The notes: a model not told the origin generated them from the sequence alone. Positions 1 through 9,092 are shown, numbered from the stretch's first letter. The stretch: 64,000 bases of DNA from Bacteroidota bacterium (GCA_034659275.1 JAYEGY010000013.1:3299-67298), one strand, 5' to 3'. Translations and numbers: made by a program.

Positions 1-414
1 TAATTCTGAAGGCAGCATATTGTTGCAATGCCTGATGTTTACCCGTTCGAGACAAAAGTCAACACGTTTCCTTTTTTCGGGGGAAGTCATGTTGGTGAAC
101 ATGTCGAGTTTAAACATCACATTCTCTTCAACAGTCATTGAATCAAAGAGGGCACTGCCCTGGAAAAGCATACCAATGGTTTTGCGTATTGATTTACGGG
201 ATTTGAAATCGAGGGTATCAAAACGCCTATCCCCATACCATATTTCTCCACTATCAAGTTCTAGAAGACCGACTATCGATTTCATCAGTATTGTTTTCCC
301 TGAGCCACTGCGTCCAATAACGAGGTTAGTTGTGCCTGCCTCAAAATTTATTGACACATCATCAAGCACTTTATTACCATTAAAGAATTTATTGGCATTA
401 ATAACTCTTATCAT
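1..414 (-). CDS. ABC transporter ATP-binding protein (MlaF-like), N-terminal part only; the rest lies left of the window
   Basis: Absent from the ORF track because there is no stop in the window. My minus-strand translation from ATG 414-412 reads MIRVINANKFFNGNKVLDDVSINFEAGTTNLVIGRSGSGKTILMKSIVGLLELDSGEIWYGDRRF..., with Walker A GRSGSGKT. The start overlaps the upstream permease stop as ATGA. Confidence 0.85.
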   Translation of the reverse strand, partial: MIRVINANKFFNGNKVLDDVSINFEAGTTNLVIGRSGSGKTILMKSIVGLLELDSGEIWYGDRRFDTLDFKSRKSIRKTIGMLFQGSALFDSMTVEENVMFKLDMFTNMTSPEKRKRVDFCLERVNIRHCNNMLPSEL

Positions 415-1151
415 GACAATAGCAGTTGAGTTAGTACAAGGTTAAACAGTAATATTAATGCACAGCTGTAAACAACCGATCGTGTACTGGCTTTACCCAC
501 CTCGAGTGAGCCACCGGAGACAAAATATCCCTGGTATCCCGAAACAGAGCTAATAATAAAAGCAAAGACAACGGTTTTTATAAGCGAATAGGTAATATAG
601 TACGGTATAAATTCGTACTGGATGCCGTAAATAAAATCAGCTGCTGGTACTGCACCTGTTGTTACACTGGCCAGCCAGCCCCCGAAGATGCCTGCCATTA
701 TGCTTATAAGAGTAAGAAAGGGGTGGAAAACAAGCGTTGCAATTATTTTTGGAAGAACGAGGTATGATGCTGTATTAACACCCATTATTTCAAGGGCGTC
801 TATTTGTTCCGTCACTCTCATGGTGCCTATCTCTGATGCTATCCGGGAGCCTACCTTGCCTGCAAGGATAAGGGCCACCATGGTGGATGAGAATTCGAGT
901 ATTATTGAATCGCGGCATCCGAGGCCGACAAGGTAACGGGGGTAGATAGGGTTTGACGTATTATAGGCTGTCTGAAGGGTAATAGCAGCACCCATGAAAA
1001 TCGTTATTATTATCACTATGCCTATTGAATTAACGCCCAGGTAAATCAGTTCTTTAAGGGTCTGTCGATAATAAATGGAATGCTTCTCAGGCTTTTTGAA
1101 CGTCTGGCCCAGAAAGATGAAATAGTTACCTATGGATGCAAGGAGTTTCAC
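411..1151 (-). CDS. MlaE-family ABC transporter permease
   Basis: Multi-TM protein with an LGVNSIGIVIIITIFMGAAITLQ-type MlaE core. I place the start at GTG 1151-1149 (VKLLASIGNYFIFLGQTFKKPEKH...), which gives the usual ~37 residues before the LGxxSxGIV motif. The ATG at 1331 used by the ORF track lies inside a repeat element. Confidence 0.8.
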   Translation of the reverse strand: MKLLASIGNYFIFLGQTFKKPEKHSIYYRQTLKELIYLGVNSIGIVIIITIFMGAAITLQTAYNTSNPIYPRYLVGLGCRDSIILEFSSTMVALILAGKVGSRIASEIGTMRVTEQIDALEIMGVNTASYLVLPKIIATLVFHPFLTLISIMAGIFGGWLASVTTGAVPAADFIYGIQYEFIPYYITYSLIKTVVFAFIISSVSGYQGYFVSGGSLEVGKASTRSVVYSCALILLFNLVLTQLLLS

Positions 1152-1201
1152 GGCTACCGATGAATTTTGCTGTAAATTTAATAAAAAAATATCTGGAATA
1201 C

Positions 1202-1321
1202 TGGAATGATGGAACCGAACAGGATGAATCCCGAATCCTCGGGATGAGTCCTGTGAGCTCGCGAGGGGACGGTGATTGTGGCTGGTGGGGGCGAGCAATA
1301 ATGGATTGATGGAATAATGGG
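1202..1321. repeat. Left inverted repeat of the cassette: 8-bp-periodic GGAATnAT-like arms around a GC-rich core
   Basis: The arms are CTGGAATA/CTGGAATG/ATGGAACC and GATTGATG/GAATAATG. The core holds a perfect hairpin ATCCCGA-atcc-TCGGGAT (1228-1245) and the palindrome CTCGCGAG (1258-1265). Confidence 0.75.
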
Positions 1322-1414
1322 ATTGGTGCACTTAATAAATTATTTGAATAATATGATATTATCTGGTAACTTGTCATGTAATTTTCTCGCTGTATTTAAA
1401 TAAACTTGTTAAAT

Positions 1415-1864
1415 ATGAATGAAAGAAAGAACCTTAACAGGGGTTATATGAAACTTGTTGTATGGCAGGATGCCAGGGAGTTGTATAAGCTAACCTGGAA
1501 AATATTCAAGGATTTTCCCTTTGAACTTAAAAAAGTGGTTGCAAATCAAATATCTTCAGTAGATTCTGTCCACAGAAATATTGCTGAAGGTTATTGCAGA
1601 AAGAGTATTTCTGAATATCTGAACTTTCTGAATTTTTCTCAGTCTTCACTTGGCGAATCTGTATCAGGAACTAACACATATTACTATGCTGATCAGATCA
1701 GTGAAACAGACTATCAAGAATGGGACTTATTAGCATATAAACTCGAAAATGGACTTAAAAAGTTGATTGATAGCCTCGAAGCAAAGAAATATAATGGTAC
1801 CTGGGAAGACAGTCAAATAGTTAAAGAGTCAAATTCTATCTATGTAAACACTATAAAGTATTAA
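1415..1864 (+). CDS. Four-helix-bundle protein (23S rRNA intervening-sequence protein / Avd-like family)
   Basis: Family hallmarks LVVWQDARELYKLTWKIF..., SVHRNIAEGYCRKSISEYLNFLNFSQSSLGE. I prefer the ATG at 1415 over the TTG at 1406; the M at 1448 is also possible. The stop at 1862-1864 abuts the right inverted repeat. Confidence 0.8.
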   Translation: MNERKNLNRGYMKLVVWQDARELYKLTWKIFKDFPFELKKVVANQISSVDSVHRNIAEGYCRKSISEYLNFLNFSQSSLGESVSGTNTYYYADQISETDYQEWDLLAYKLENGLKKLIDSLEAKKYNGTWEDSQIVKESNSIYVNTIKY

Positions 1865-1975
1865 CCCATTATTCCACCATTCCATTATTGACTCACCCTG
1901 CTGACGCAGGGATTCGTCGAGCTCGTCTCCCTCGCTTGCTATCGCAAACTCGGGATCCTCGGTTCCATTATTCCA
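1865..1975. repeat. Right inverted repeat of the cassette
   Basis: CCCATTATTCCACCATTCCATTATTG (1865-1890) is the reverse complement of 1296-1321 with 2 mismatches. It also holds a hairpin CCCTGC-tgac-GCAGGG (1896-1911) and the palindrome CGAGCTCG (1918-1925). Confidence 0.75.
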
Positions 1976-2015
1976 TTTTATATACTTTTAAGCCCCCAAT
2001 AATAATCCTATTTAG

Positions 2016-2023
2016 TATATTTG
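2016..2023 (+). promoter_or_regulatory. Bacteroidota -7 box TATATTTG (TAnnTTTG) for manC
   Basis: Exact consensus match 30 nt upstream of the ATG at 2053. Confidence 0.4.
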
Positions 2024-2052
2024 CGGCATAATAAATCTAACCTTTTAATTAA

Positions 2053-3138
2053 ATGAAGAACAGGTATATAGTTATCATGGCGGGGGGTGCTGGTACGCGC
2101 TTCTGGCCACTGAGCCGGGATGTAAAGCCCAAACAATTCCTTGACATACTAAATACAGGAACAACCTTACTGCAGGATACTGTAAAGCGTTTTGTTGGAT
2201 TATGCCCGAGGGAGAACATAATGGTTGTCACCAATGAAAGCTACCGCAAGCTGGTGCTTGAGCAGGTTGACATACCCGAGGAGAATATTCTCTGTGAACC
2301 TATAAGGCGCAATACTGCTCCCTGCATTGCATATGCTGCTTTCAGGATAATGAAGAAGGATCCGGATGCTCTTATGCTGGTCAGCCCGGCGGACCACCTG
2401 ATAAAACAGGAAGATAAGTTTAAAAAAGTTATTGAGGGAGGCTTTAAATTTATCAGTGATGACAATGCATTGCTTACCCTGGGGATTAAACCCGACAGGC
2501 CGGAGACAGGTTATGGATATATACAGGCCAATACCAGGAAGCCGGTGGAAGGGTATGAAAACGTGAGCAAGGTAAAAACCTTCACCGAGAAGCCCAACCG
2601 GGAACTGGCAGAGATATTTCTAAAGAGTGGTGATTTTTACTGGAATTCAGGTATTTTCCTGTGGAAGGTCAGGTCAATCCTTTCTGCCTTCGAAGTTCAT
2701 CTGCATGATACTTACACAGCTTTTGAAATGTATATAGATAAGCTGGGCACAGAAGAGGAGGATAAAGTAATTACAAGGATATATTCCGAATGTCTCAGTA
2801 TATCGATTGACTATGGCGTTATGGAAAAGGCTGATAATGTATACGTTAAATGTGTAAATTTCGGGTGGTCAGATCTCGGTACGTGGAGTTCAGTACGAGA
2901 GCATGACCACAGTGATCGTAATGGTAACACAGGCAGCCTCGATTCGGTATTCTCCTACGAGGTCAAAAATAGCACTATCCAGCTACCCGGGGGAAAAATA
3001 GCTGTTATTCAGGGTTTAAAGGATTATATAGTAGTTGATTCAGATGATGTCTTGCTTATTGTTCAGCGCAGCGAGGAACAGGATATCAAGAAATATATAG
3101 AGGATATAAGGGGAAAGATGGGGGATGACTATCTTTAG
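2053..3138 (+). CDS. manC: Mannose-1-phosphate guanylyltransferase
   Basis: N-terminal IVIMAGGAGTRFWPLSR nucleotidyltransferase motif. At 361 aa the length and sequence are typical of the family. Confidence 0.8.
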   Translation: MKNRYIVIMAGGAGTRFWPLSRDVKPKQFLDILNTGTTLLQDTVKRFVGLCPRENIMVVTNESYRKLVLEQVDIPEENILCEPIRRNTAPCIAYAAFRIMKKDPDALMLVSPADHLIKQEDKFKKVIEGGFKFISDDNALLTLGIKPDRPETGYGYIQANTRKPVEGYENVSKVKTFTEKPNRELAEIFLKSGDFYWNSGIFLWKVRSILSAFEVHLHDTYTAFEMYIDKLGTEEEDKVITRIYSECLSISIDYGVMEKADNVYVKCVNFGWSDLGTWSSVREHDHSDRNGNTGSLDSVFSYEVKNSTIQLPGGKIAVIQGLKDYIVVDSDDVLLIVQRSEEQDIKKYIEDIRGKMGDDYL

Positions 3139-3172
3139 TGCAGGGAGTTTCGGCTCACTGCCCAAAAGTTGG

Positions 3173-3206
3173 AATAAAAAAAGGTGCAGGTCTGGAGACC
3201 TGCACC
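3173..3206 (-). terminator. Rho-independent terminator after gldN
   Basis: Hairpin GGTGCAGGTCT-gg-AGACCTGCACC (3183-3206). On the minus strand it is followed by a run of 7 T (A-run 3176-3182 on the plus strand). It lies between the convergent manC and gldN. Confidence 0.75.
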
Positions 3207-3227
3207 AGCAATATTCGCTTTAATTCG

Positions 3228-4049
3228 TTAATATTCCCAGAGGTCGTGCTCGAACATACGAAGCTCGTTTTCGATTTTCTCTGCTTCATAGAGTGCTGAC
3301 TTGCCCACTTTATACTGGTTGATAAGCCTGTCGTCGTAGACATTGGATTCAGCATAAATGGTGCCGGAGAATCGCCGCTGCATGAATAGATCGTCGAATG
3401 ACAGCCGTTGGGCGTCATTGAACCTGTTAAATGCTTCATGACTTGCGAATGTATCCCGGAAGTCTTCAAAGCGTATCCAGAAAAGCTGTACACGTGATAT
3501 ACGATCGAGTTGGGAGTCAAAGAATACCCTGATAGGGCTTATCCCGATAATCCTGACGTCTACCCGGGAATGCTTCTTATCGAAATACCATTCTTCCAGG
3601 AGCATTATTTGTTTTACTTCATTCTCGTTTGGTTCGTTGTAGATCACCGTATCGCGCATGACGCCCTGCATATCAGGTATCTGAACGGTATCGGCACCAC
3701 CTCCCATTTTTGATTCTATATCTGAATATGTCACACTCACATTCATTTGATCAACATCGTAGGCATTAAGATTGCCCGCTTTCACTTCGCCAAGTATTAT
3801 TTTCATCAGGCTCTTACGCCCGTCCGGTCTTTCCGATAGCGGATAATAGAGAGGTTGATTCATTTTTTCTCTCAGATCGATCAGTCTCCACATACGCTTT
3901 GACCACACTACGTCAGCCTCCCTGAGGAATGGATATGGTATTGGCTCGTTGTTCACGATTGACTTTTCGTAGATATCACCGAATGACTGGCTGAAGCCAG
4001 CTGGTGAGAAGAGCAATACAATTAATCCAAGAAGAAGTAATCTTTTCAT
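3228..4049 (-). CDS. gldN: Gliding motility / T9SS protein GldN (PorN)
   Basis: Signal peptide [21 protein letters not shown] and a [28 protein letters not shown] region typical of GldN. It is the last gene of the canonical K-L-M-N order. Confidence 0.8.
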   Translation of the reverse strand: MKRLLLLGLIVLLFSPAGFSQSFGDIYEKSIVNNEPIPYPFLREADVVWSKRMWRLIDLREKMNQPLYYPLSERPDGRKSLMKIILGEVKAGNLNAYDVDQMNVSVTYSDIESKMGGGADTVQIPDMQGVMRDTVIYNEPNENEVKQIMLLEEWYFDKKHSRVDVRIIGISPIRVFFDSQLDRISRVQLFWIRFEDFRDTFASHEAFNRFNDAQRLSFDDLFMQRRFSGTIYAESNVYDDRLINQYKVGKSALYEAEKIENELRMFEHDLWEY

Positions 4050-4064
4050 GATCTTATGCTATTT

Positions 4065-5705
4065 TTAATTTATCGTTAAAATTATCGGAGGCAGCCTCCT
4101 TGTAGACTCATCAGGTGCTTTAGCCCTGATATTGATGATTGACAGTTTCTGCCCCCTGTTAAGAGATTCAATCAGTGCTCTTTGTTCCTGGGTTACCCTG
4201 TTGCTGTTTGATGTTTCGCTCCTGTCAAATCCTCTTTGTTGGACTGATATTGTAAACTGTGTAATCGTATATTCGAGGTCGAAGAGGAAATTCTCGAGTA
4301 CTGCAAAGACACCTGGTTGTGCCAGGGCAACATTTTTTGACACGGTACCTTCGGTCATGTTGGCAAATTTGGCCACCGGGTCAGGTATTCTCTGCACCCT
4401 GAACTCATACGGTGGGAAGGGCATTCTTTCGCCGTTGATTACAGCACTTACATTTATTGCTGCAGTCTGGCCTATATTTTGCGGCCTGGCTGCCCATTCG
4501 CCCCGGTATCCTGCAACACGCCCCCTGCGGATTGAGCCGTTTGTCATAGTGGCCCTTATAAGGTTTGACGCCACACCCGGCACGGATATATCTATGGGGT
4601 TATCAATACCCAGGTATAATACGTTCATTGCTGTTGGTGAAACAATTACGTTGGGTGCACCCACATTGTAGGATTCTTCGAAGGGGTATGCCACTTCTGA
4701 CCCGTCGGGTGCCTGGAGCTTTATAAGTCCTTTATAAGTCTGTTCACCCAAAAAGGTAGCTGGTCTCCTGAATATTCCGCGTCCCCTCTCATTTACTTCG
4801 AGCTGTGTATAGTCACCCACCATTTCATATGTCTTGGTCCCGTCGGCATTGACTGTTTCGCGGTAGTTACCGACTAAAATCTGTGGTTGCTTGGTTGTAT
4901 CGGAGGCAGCGATAAACACTTCGGCTTCGTAAGTATTCCCCCTCATCACATAGTCGGAGTTTGCCTGCACCGTTGCTTCAATGTCAGTGAATTTAAAATC
5001 GCCGGCGGTTATCTGGTCATTCAGGAACATAATTACATCCGTTTCGGAATTTCTTATATCCACCTGTATCTTTGAGAGCATAACAATGGCAGCTATAAGG
5101 GGCAGTTCGGCCAGTGTATTTTCTTCCCAGTTCTCCACTGACCCGTCCGGTGCCAGGCCGGGTTCGGTACTGAGCGTTTCAGTAATTGATTCTTCAACCG
5201 AGATATTTTCACCTTGAATGATATCTTCAACGAGCCATGTCCGGTATTCATCTATCAAAGCACGCAGTGCGTATGCTTTCTGGTCATGGTTGGCTCCTAT
5301 GAGCACCTCAGAGGGTACATTATTTTCATCATACTTTTTGACAGAGTCGATGACCACCCTTCTTCCCCTGAGGCCATCTGTATCTTTACCGTCAGCTTTC
5401 CTGATAATTTCAATTTTCAGGTCCTGCAAATATTCATACACTTCATTGGCTCTCTGCTTAACCTCGTATGCTTTTCTCCTCCATTCACCTGCTTTTGCGG
5501 GGTTTTCTGCTGCGGCTCTGTCAAATTGCTTATATATCTCGTTATTTTTTTGTTCATAGTTGGCAAGGGTCTTTTCCACTCCCTTTTCAACTTTTGCGAA
5601 TGCATCCACAGCTTCTTTTGATACGTTAAGCGCCAGCATAGCCGTAAGGATGAGGTACATCATACCGATCATCTTTTGCCGTGGGGTTTCTTTTCCGTGC
5701 GCCAT
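4065..5705 (-). CDS. gldM: Gliding motility / T9SS protein GldM (PorM)
   Basis: One N-terminal TM helix (MIGMMYLILTAMLALNVS) and a large periplasmic part, 546 aa. It sits between gldL and gldN. Confidence 0.85.
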   Translation of the reverse strand: MAHGKETPRQKMIGMMYLILTAMLALNVSKEAVDAFAKVEKGVEKTLANYEQKNNEIYKQFDRAAAENPAKAGEWRRKAYEVKQRANEVYEYLQDLKIEIIRKADGKDTDGLRGRRVVIDSVKKYDENNVPSEVLIGANHDQKAYALRALIDEYRTWLVEDIIQGENISVEESITETLSTEPGLAPDGSVENWEENTLAELPLIAAIVMLSKIQVDIRNSETDVIMFLNDQITAGDFKFTDIEATVQANSDYVMRGNTYEAEVFIAASDTTKQPQILVGNYRETVNADGTKTYEMVGDYTQLEVNERGRGIFRRPATFLGEQTYKGLIKLQAPDGSEVAYPFEESYNVGAPNVIVSPTAMNVLYLGIDNPIDISVPGVASNLIRATMTNGSIRRGRVAGYRGEWAARPQNIGQTAAINVSAVINGERMPFPPYEFRVQRIPDPVAKFANMTEGTVSKNVALAQPGVFAVLENFLFDLEYTITQFTISVQQRGFDRSETSNSNRVTQEQRALIESLNRGQKLSIINIRAKAPDESTRRLPPIILTIN

Positions 5706-5736
5706 ATTCTGGAGTGAGTTTGGTTAGGTGATTCCT

Positions 5737-6654
5737 CTATTTAACGTTCATTGCAGAAAGCATATTTCCATAAATTGAATTCAATGAAGCCAGATTCTCG
5801 TTCAGCTTACTTACTTCATCGCGGTATTTAGTAGCTTCACCTGCTGAATCTTTAAGATCTTTCAGCATACCCTGTACGCCTTTCATCATTTCTTCAGAAT
5901 CTTTTAACTGCTCATTAGCGCCTTTCAGCTGCAGTTCATAGACCGCATTCAGTGCTGACAGGTTTTTGTTCACTGTTTCTAGCTGGTCCTGGTATGACTT
6001 GCTGCTTCCTTCTATTTGAGTAAGTGCTTCGGTCATATCGTGGTAGCTGCTACCTGTTTCGTTTATTATCTTAGCGGTACTGTGATATGAATGCTCGAGT
6101 TTTTCAAGTGATGATCCCAGTGCTTCGCTTTTATTGGCGTAGTCGTCAGTTGTAGTGCTGAGGGTATCTGCTGCTTTCTCCACTGAATCAACGAATTTAC
6201 CTGTAGCTGCCGTGGCATCTCCCATGGCATTGAGGCTTTCGGTTGTATTATTCAGTTTTTTGAGGCCTTTACCCAGTCTATCGAAGACATCAGGCGTAAT
6301 ATCAGCATTAACAAGCATCTCATCAAACTTTGACAGTGCTGTTGATCCGCCGCCGGGCACTGCCCCCACATGTGAACGTGGTGGTACTGCACCAAGCTCC
6401 ACTTCTTCATCGGACATACCTGCCAGTTCGGGGTATACTAATGACCAGTCGGGTTCTTCATGCAGTGGTTCAAAGGCCGAAAAGAAAAATATTGTAGCCT
6501 CTGTGCACAATCCCACACCAAGGAAAAGACCTGCCAGAGGATAGTGCTGGATCTTAAAAAGGGCCCCAATAATTACTATTGAAGCGCCAATGCCGTAAAG
6601 CTTGGCCATAAAAATTTTCCAGCCGCTGCTTCGTACTATTTCTGATAAGCTCAT
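5737..6654 (-). CDS. gldL: Gliding motility / T9SS protein GldL (PorL)
   Basis: Two N-terminal TM helices (LYGIGASIVIIGALFKIQHYP and LFLGVGLCTEATIFFFSAFEP) followed by a coiled-coil-like tail. Confidence 0.85.
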   Translation of the reverse strand: MSLSEIVRSSGWKIFMAKLYGIGASIVIIGALFKIQHYPLAGLFLGVGLCTEATIFFFSAFEPLHEEPDWSLVYPELAGMSDEEVELGAVPPRSHVGAVPGGGSTALSKFDEMLVNADITPDVFDRLGKGLKKLNNTTESLNAMGDATAATGKFVDSVEKAADTLSTTTDDYANKSEALGSSLEKLEHSYHSTAKIINETGSSYHDMTEALTQIEGSSKSYQDQLETVNKNLSALNAVYELQLKGANEQLKDSEEMMKGVQGMLKDLKDSAGEATKYRDEVSKLNENLASLNSIYGNMLSAMNVK

Positions 6655-6697
6655 ATACCTGTATTTAAGGGTTTTATTTTAATTAGTTCATTATAAT

Positions 6698-8029
6698 CTA
6701 TTCTACTCCTATATAGGTTCTTACATTACGGAAACCGATATAGCATTTTGCTGAATCCTGGTATTCAAAATCCCTGGCACTCACCTGTAAGAAATATCCA
6801 ATATCTTTCCAGGAGCCTCCCCTGATAACTTTACGTTTAAGAACGGGGGGATCGTCAGGTTTGGCATTATACTTATAATCAGGGTTCAGGTCATGGGTAA
6901 AGATGTATGATGACGGGTGATAGGCGCATGAAGTCCATTCAGCCACATTACCTGCCATATCATAGAGCCCGAATTCGTTTGGTTCGAAAGATGCAACTTC
7001 TGAGGTATATGCTGCTCCATCGTCGATATAATTACCTCTCAGGGGTTTGAAATTAGCGAGGAAGCATCCTTCATAGTTACGTGTATAGGGTCCTCCCCAG
7101 GGGTACATTGACAGGTCGAGGCCTCCCCGGGCGGCATATTCCCATTCTGTTTCCAGCGGCAACCTGTAGTTCTGCACATCCACCATTCCCTGTGCGCGCA
7201 GATGAGCATTCATATAATCTGTTCTCCATATGCTGAAGGCCGATGCCTGCTTCCATGTTACACCAACGACAGGGTAATCATCGAAGGAGGGATGCCAGAA
7301 ATATATTGTTGCGTGCGGTTCGTTGAATGAATAGGTGAAGTCGCGTATCCATGCCAGTGTATCGGGGTAGACATTCACCTGGTCCTGCATAATGAAAGAA
7401 GAGCGGTCCTGGACGTCTGACTCAACGCCGTCAAGGTCATAAACTTTACCTTCGTAACGCTCATTTTCATAATCATACCGTGCTTTTGCAGCGTGCTGGT
7501 AATCAACCCAGAAGTAGGTATAGTTAAGTTTTCTTACATCAGTCTGTTTTTTATTAGCGAATCTTTCATTGGGTGGGTAGTACATCTCTTCAACCACATC
7601 GGCAATCTCAAGCACATCCATATCAATTTTTTCATCCCAGTTGATAACGGGAGGATCAATCTCATTGCCTTCATCATCGACTCTAAAGAATTGATAGTCC
7701 GGTATCTGTGCTTCTCCAAGCTTGGTTCTCATGATTGAATCGCGTACCCAGTAAACAAACTGCCTGTATTTGTTATTAGTTATTTCAGTCTGGTCCATCC
7801 AGAATGCATTAACTGTAACCGAGCGTGAAACAGTGTTCATGGCGAACATCGCGTCCTGGTCACTGGGTCCTGTAATAAAATTACCTGCGGGGATAAATGC
7901 CATTTCGAATGGCTCCGGCTCAAAGAATTTCTTTCTTCCCGGTACTCCGACAAGTTCTCCATTATTCCCGGGACCGCATGCTGTAATTAATACTGTTACT
8001 GTTAAAACTAGTAGGATTACCTTTTTCAT
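6698..8029 (-). CDS. gldK: Gliding motility / T9SS lipoprotein GldK (PorK), FGE-sulfatase-like domain
   Basis: Lipobox LITAC. The FGE-like C-terminal region contains GNVAEWT and IRGGSWKD. Confidence 0.85.
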   Translation of the reverse strand: MKKVILLVLTVTVLITACGPGNNGELVGVPGRKKFFEPEPFEMAFIPAGNFITGPSDQDAMFAMNTVSRSVTVNAFWMDQTEITNNKYRQFVYWVRDSIMRTKLGEAQIPDYQFFRVDDEGNEIDPPVINWDEKIDMDVLEIADVVEEMYYPPNERFANKKQTDVRKLNYTYFWVDYQHAAKARYDYENERYEGKVYDLDGVESDVQDRSSFIMQDQVNVYPDTLAWIRDFTYSFNEPHATIYFWHPSFDDYPVVGVTWKQASAFSIWRTDYMNAHLRAQGMVDVQNYRLPLETEWEYAARGGLDLSMYPWGGPYTRNYEGCFLANFKPLRGNYIDDGAAYTSEVASFEPNEFGLYDMAGNVAEWTSCAYHPSSYIFTHDLNPDYKYNAKPDDPPVLKRKVIRGGSWKDIGYFLQVSARDFEYQDSAKCYIGFRNVRTYIGVE

Positions 8030-8076
8030 ATTGCATTCAAATTTAATACTGCAAGTAAATTAAATTTTTTAAATAA

Positions 8077-9021
8077 TCATAAAAATCTTATACTTTTATA
8101 ACGCTTGGAACTCCTCCCCAGGCTTAGGTCAAAACAATAATTGACCATAAATTCATGACTGCCTGAAGTACTTTTCCTGATGTCGTTCATCGGGAAATCA
8201 TAAGCGTATCCAATACGTATTCCATTATACAACTCTATACCTATCATTCCGGTAAGAGCGTCACCTGCTCTATAAGAAACGCCACCCCAGACTTTTTTAT
8301 TGTATCTGACCGTAGTATTAAGTGTGAGCTGGAATATTTTACCGTCGCTAAAGACAAAAGCAGACGGTAGCAATTCGAAGTTTGGATTGGGCAATCTCAC
8401 TGTATATCCGGCAGTTGCGTAATATTGCCTGGCGATGTACGGAGAGGCTGTAGTATATTTTATTTTTGGTTCAGTAAGATGAGTTACTGATATGCCTGCG
8501 TAATAATTGATGGCATTATAGAAGAGGCCAAAGCCCATATCATAAGTCAGGTGGCTTTCCTTGCCATCGGGAATAAGGGGGTCACCGCTTGGTGGCACAA
8601 AGATATCGCCCGAGGGGATATTCCAGGTAGGATCAATTGCTTTGTTAAGCACCCCGGCATTTATTCCTATACCGAGGTTACCATTCCACAGGGGTGTTAT
8701 GTAGGAATATGAAAGCAATACACTGTTATCATTGTCAAAGCCTGTCTTGTCACTTACAATGGTAAGGCCTACGCCCGAACGAATCTTGAAGGGGCGCACT
8801 GCTGCATTGACGTGAAATACTGTTGATGAAGGTGCTCCTTCAAATCCCACCCATTGTTGCCTGTTCATGGCAGTGGCACATATCATTCCGGAACTGCCTG
8901 CAGACCCCGGGTTATATAGCATATGATTAAACATAAAAAGGCTGCTTACAGGATCGTTCTGGGAGGAAGCGCCTGTTATCAGAAAAGCTGACAGTATGGT
9001 TATCAGTGTAACTTTTTTCAT
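8077..9021 (-). CDS. porP: T9SS membrane protein, PorP/SprF family
   Basis: Signal peptide and a beta-barrel-like composition. It lies directly upstream of gldK, as in porPKLMN clusters. Confidence 0.7.
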   Translation of the reverse strand: MKKVTLITILSAFLITGASSQNDPVSSLFMFNHMLYNPGSAGSSGMICATAMNRQQWVGFEGAPSSTVFHVNAAVRPFKIRSGVGLTIVSDKTGFDNDNSVLLSYSYITPLWNGNLGIGINAGVLNKAIDPTWNIPSGDIFVPPSGDPLIPDGKESHLTYDMGFGLFYNAINYYAGISVTHLTEPKIKYTTASPYIARQYYATAGYTVRLPNPNFELLPSAFVFSDGKIFQLTLNTTVRYNKKVWGGVSYRAGDALTGMIGIELYNGIRIGYAYDFPMNDIRKSTSGSHEFMVNYCFDLSLGRSSKRYKSIRFL

Positions 9022-9029
9022 ATTATGTT

Positions 9030-9059
9030 AACCTCGGTTCCGGCCGGGTGAACGGGGTT
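9030..9059 (-). promoter_or_regulatory. GC-rich hairpin in the porP 5' leader
   Basis: AACCTCG (9030-9036) pairs with CGGGGTT (9053-9059). The inner part holds the palindrome CCGGCCGG (9040-9047). The hairpin ends 8 nt from the porP ATG (9021) and shares the 10-mer CCTCGGTTCC with the cassette repeat at 1957-1966. Confidence 0.45.
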
Positions 9060-9084
9060 CAGCTTTTTATATAAATAAAGAAAA

Positions 9085-9092
9085 CAAAAATA
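9085..9092 (-). promoter_or_regulatory. -7 box TATTTTTG (minus strand) for the porP-gldKLMN operon
   Basis: CAAAAATA on the plus strand, 64 nt upstream of the porP ATG. Confidence 0.35.

Larger units (their letters stand above)
1202..1975 (+). mobile_element. Putative IVS-like cassette: a four-helix-bundle ORF bracketed by long imperfect inverted repeats (mobility unproven)
   Basis: The outer ends TGGAATGATGGAACC (1202-1216) and GGTTCCATTATTCCA (1961-1975) are reverse complements with 1 mismatch. The inner ends at 1296-1321 and 1865-1890 are reverse complements with 2 mismatches in 26 nt. GC-rich hairpin cores lie between them. Confidence 0.35.

Noticed and set aside
20-445. 141-aa plus-strand ORF at the left edge
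   Set aside because: It is the antisense shadow of a clear ABC ATPase gene on the minus strand (Walker A GRSGSGKT). Its own sequence is low-complexity and Ser/Leu-rich.
1415-1864. Four-helix-bundle protein as the Avd of a diversity-generating retroelement
   Set aside because: There is no reverse transcriptase ORF in the window. I could find no template/variable repeat pair with adenine-specific differences and no target gene. The Avd relation is at family level only.
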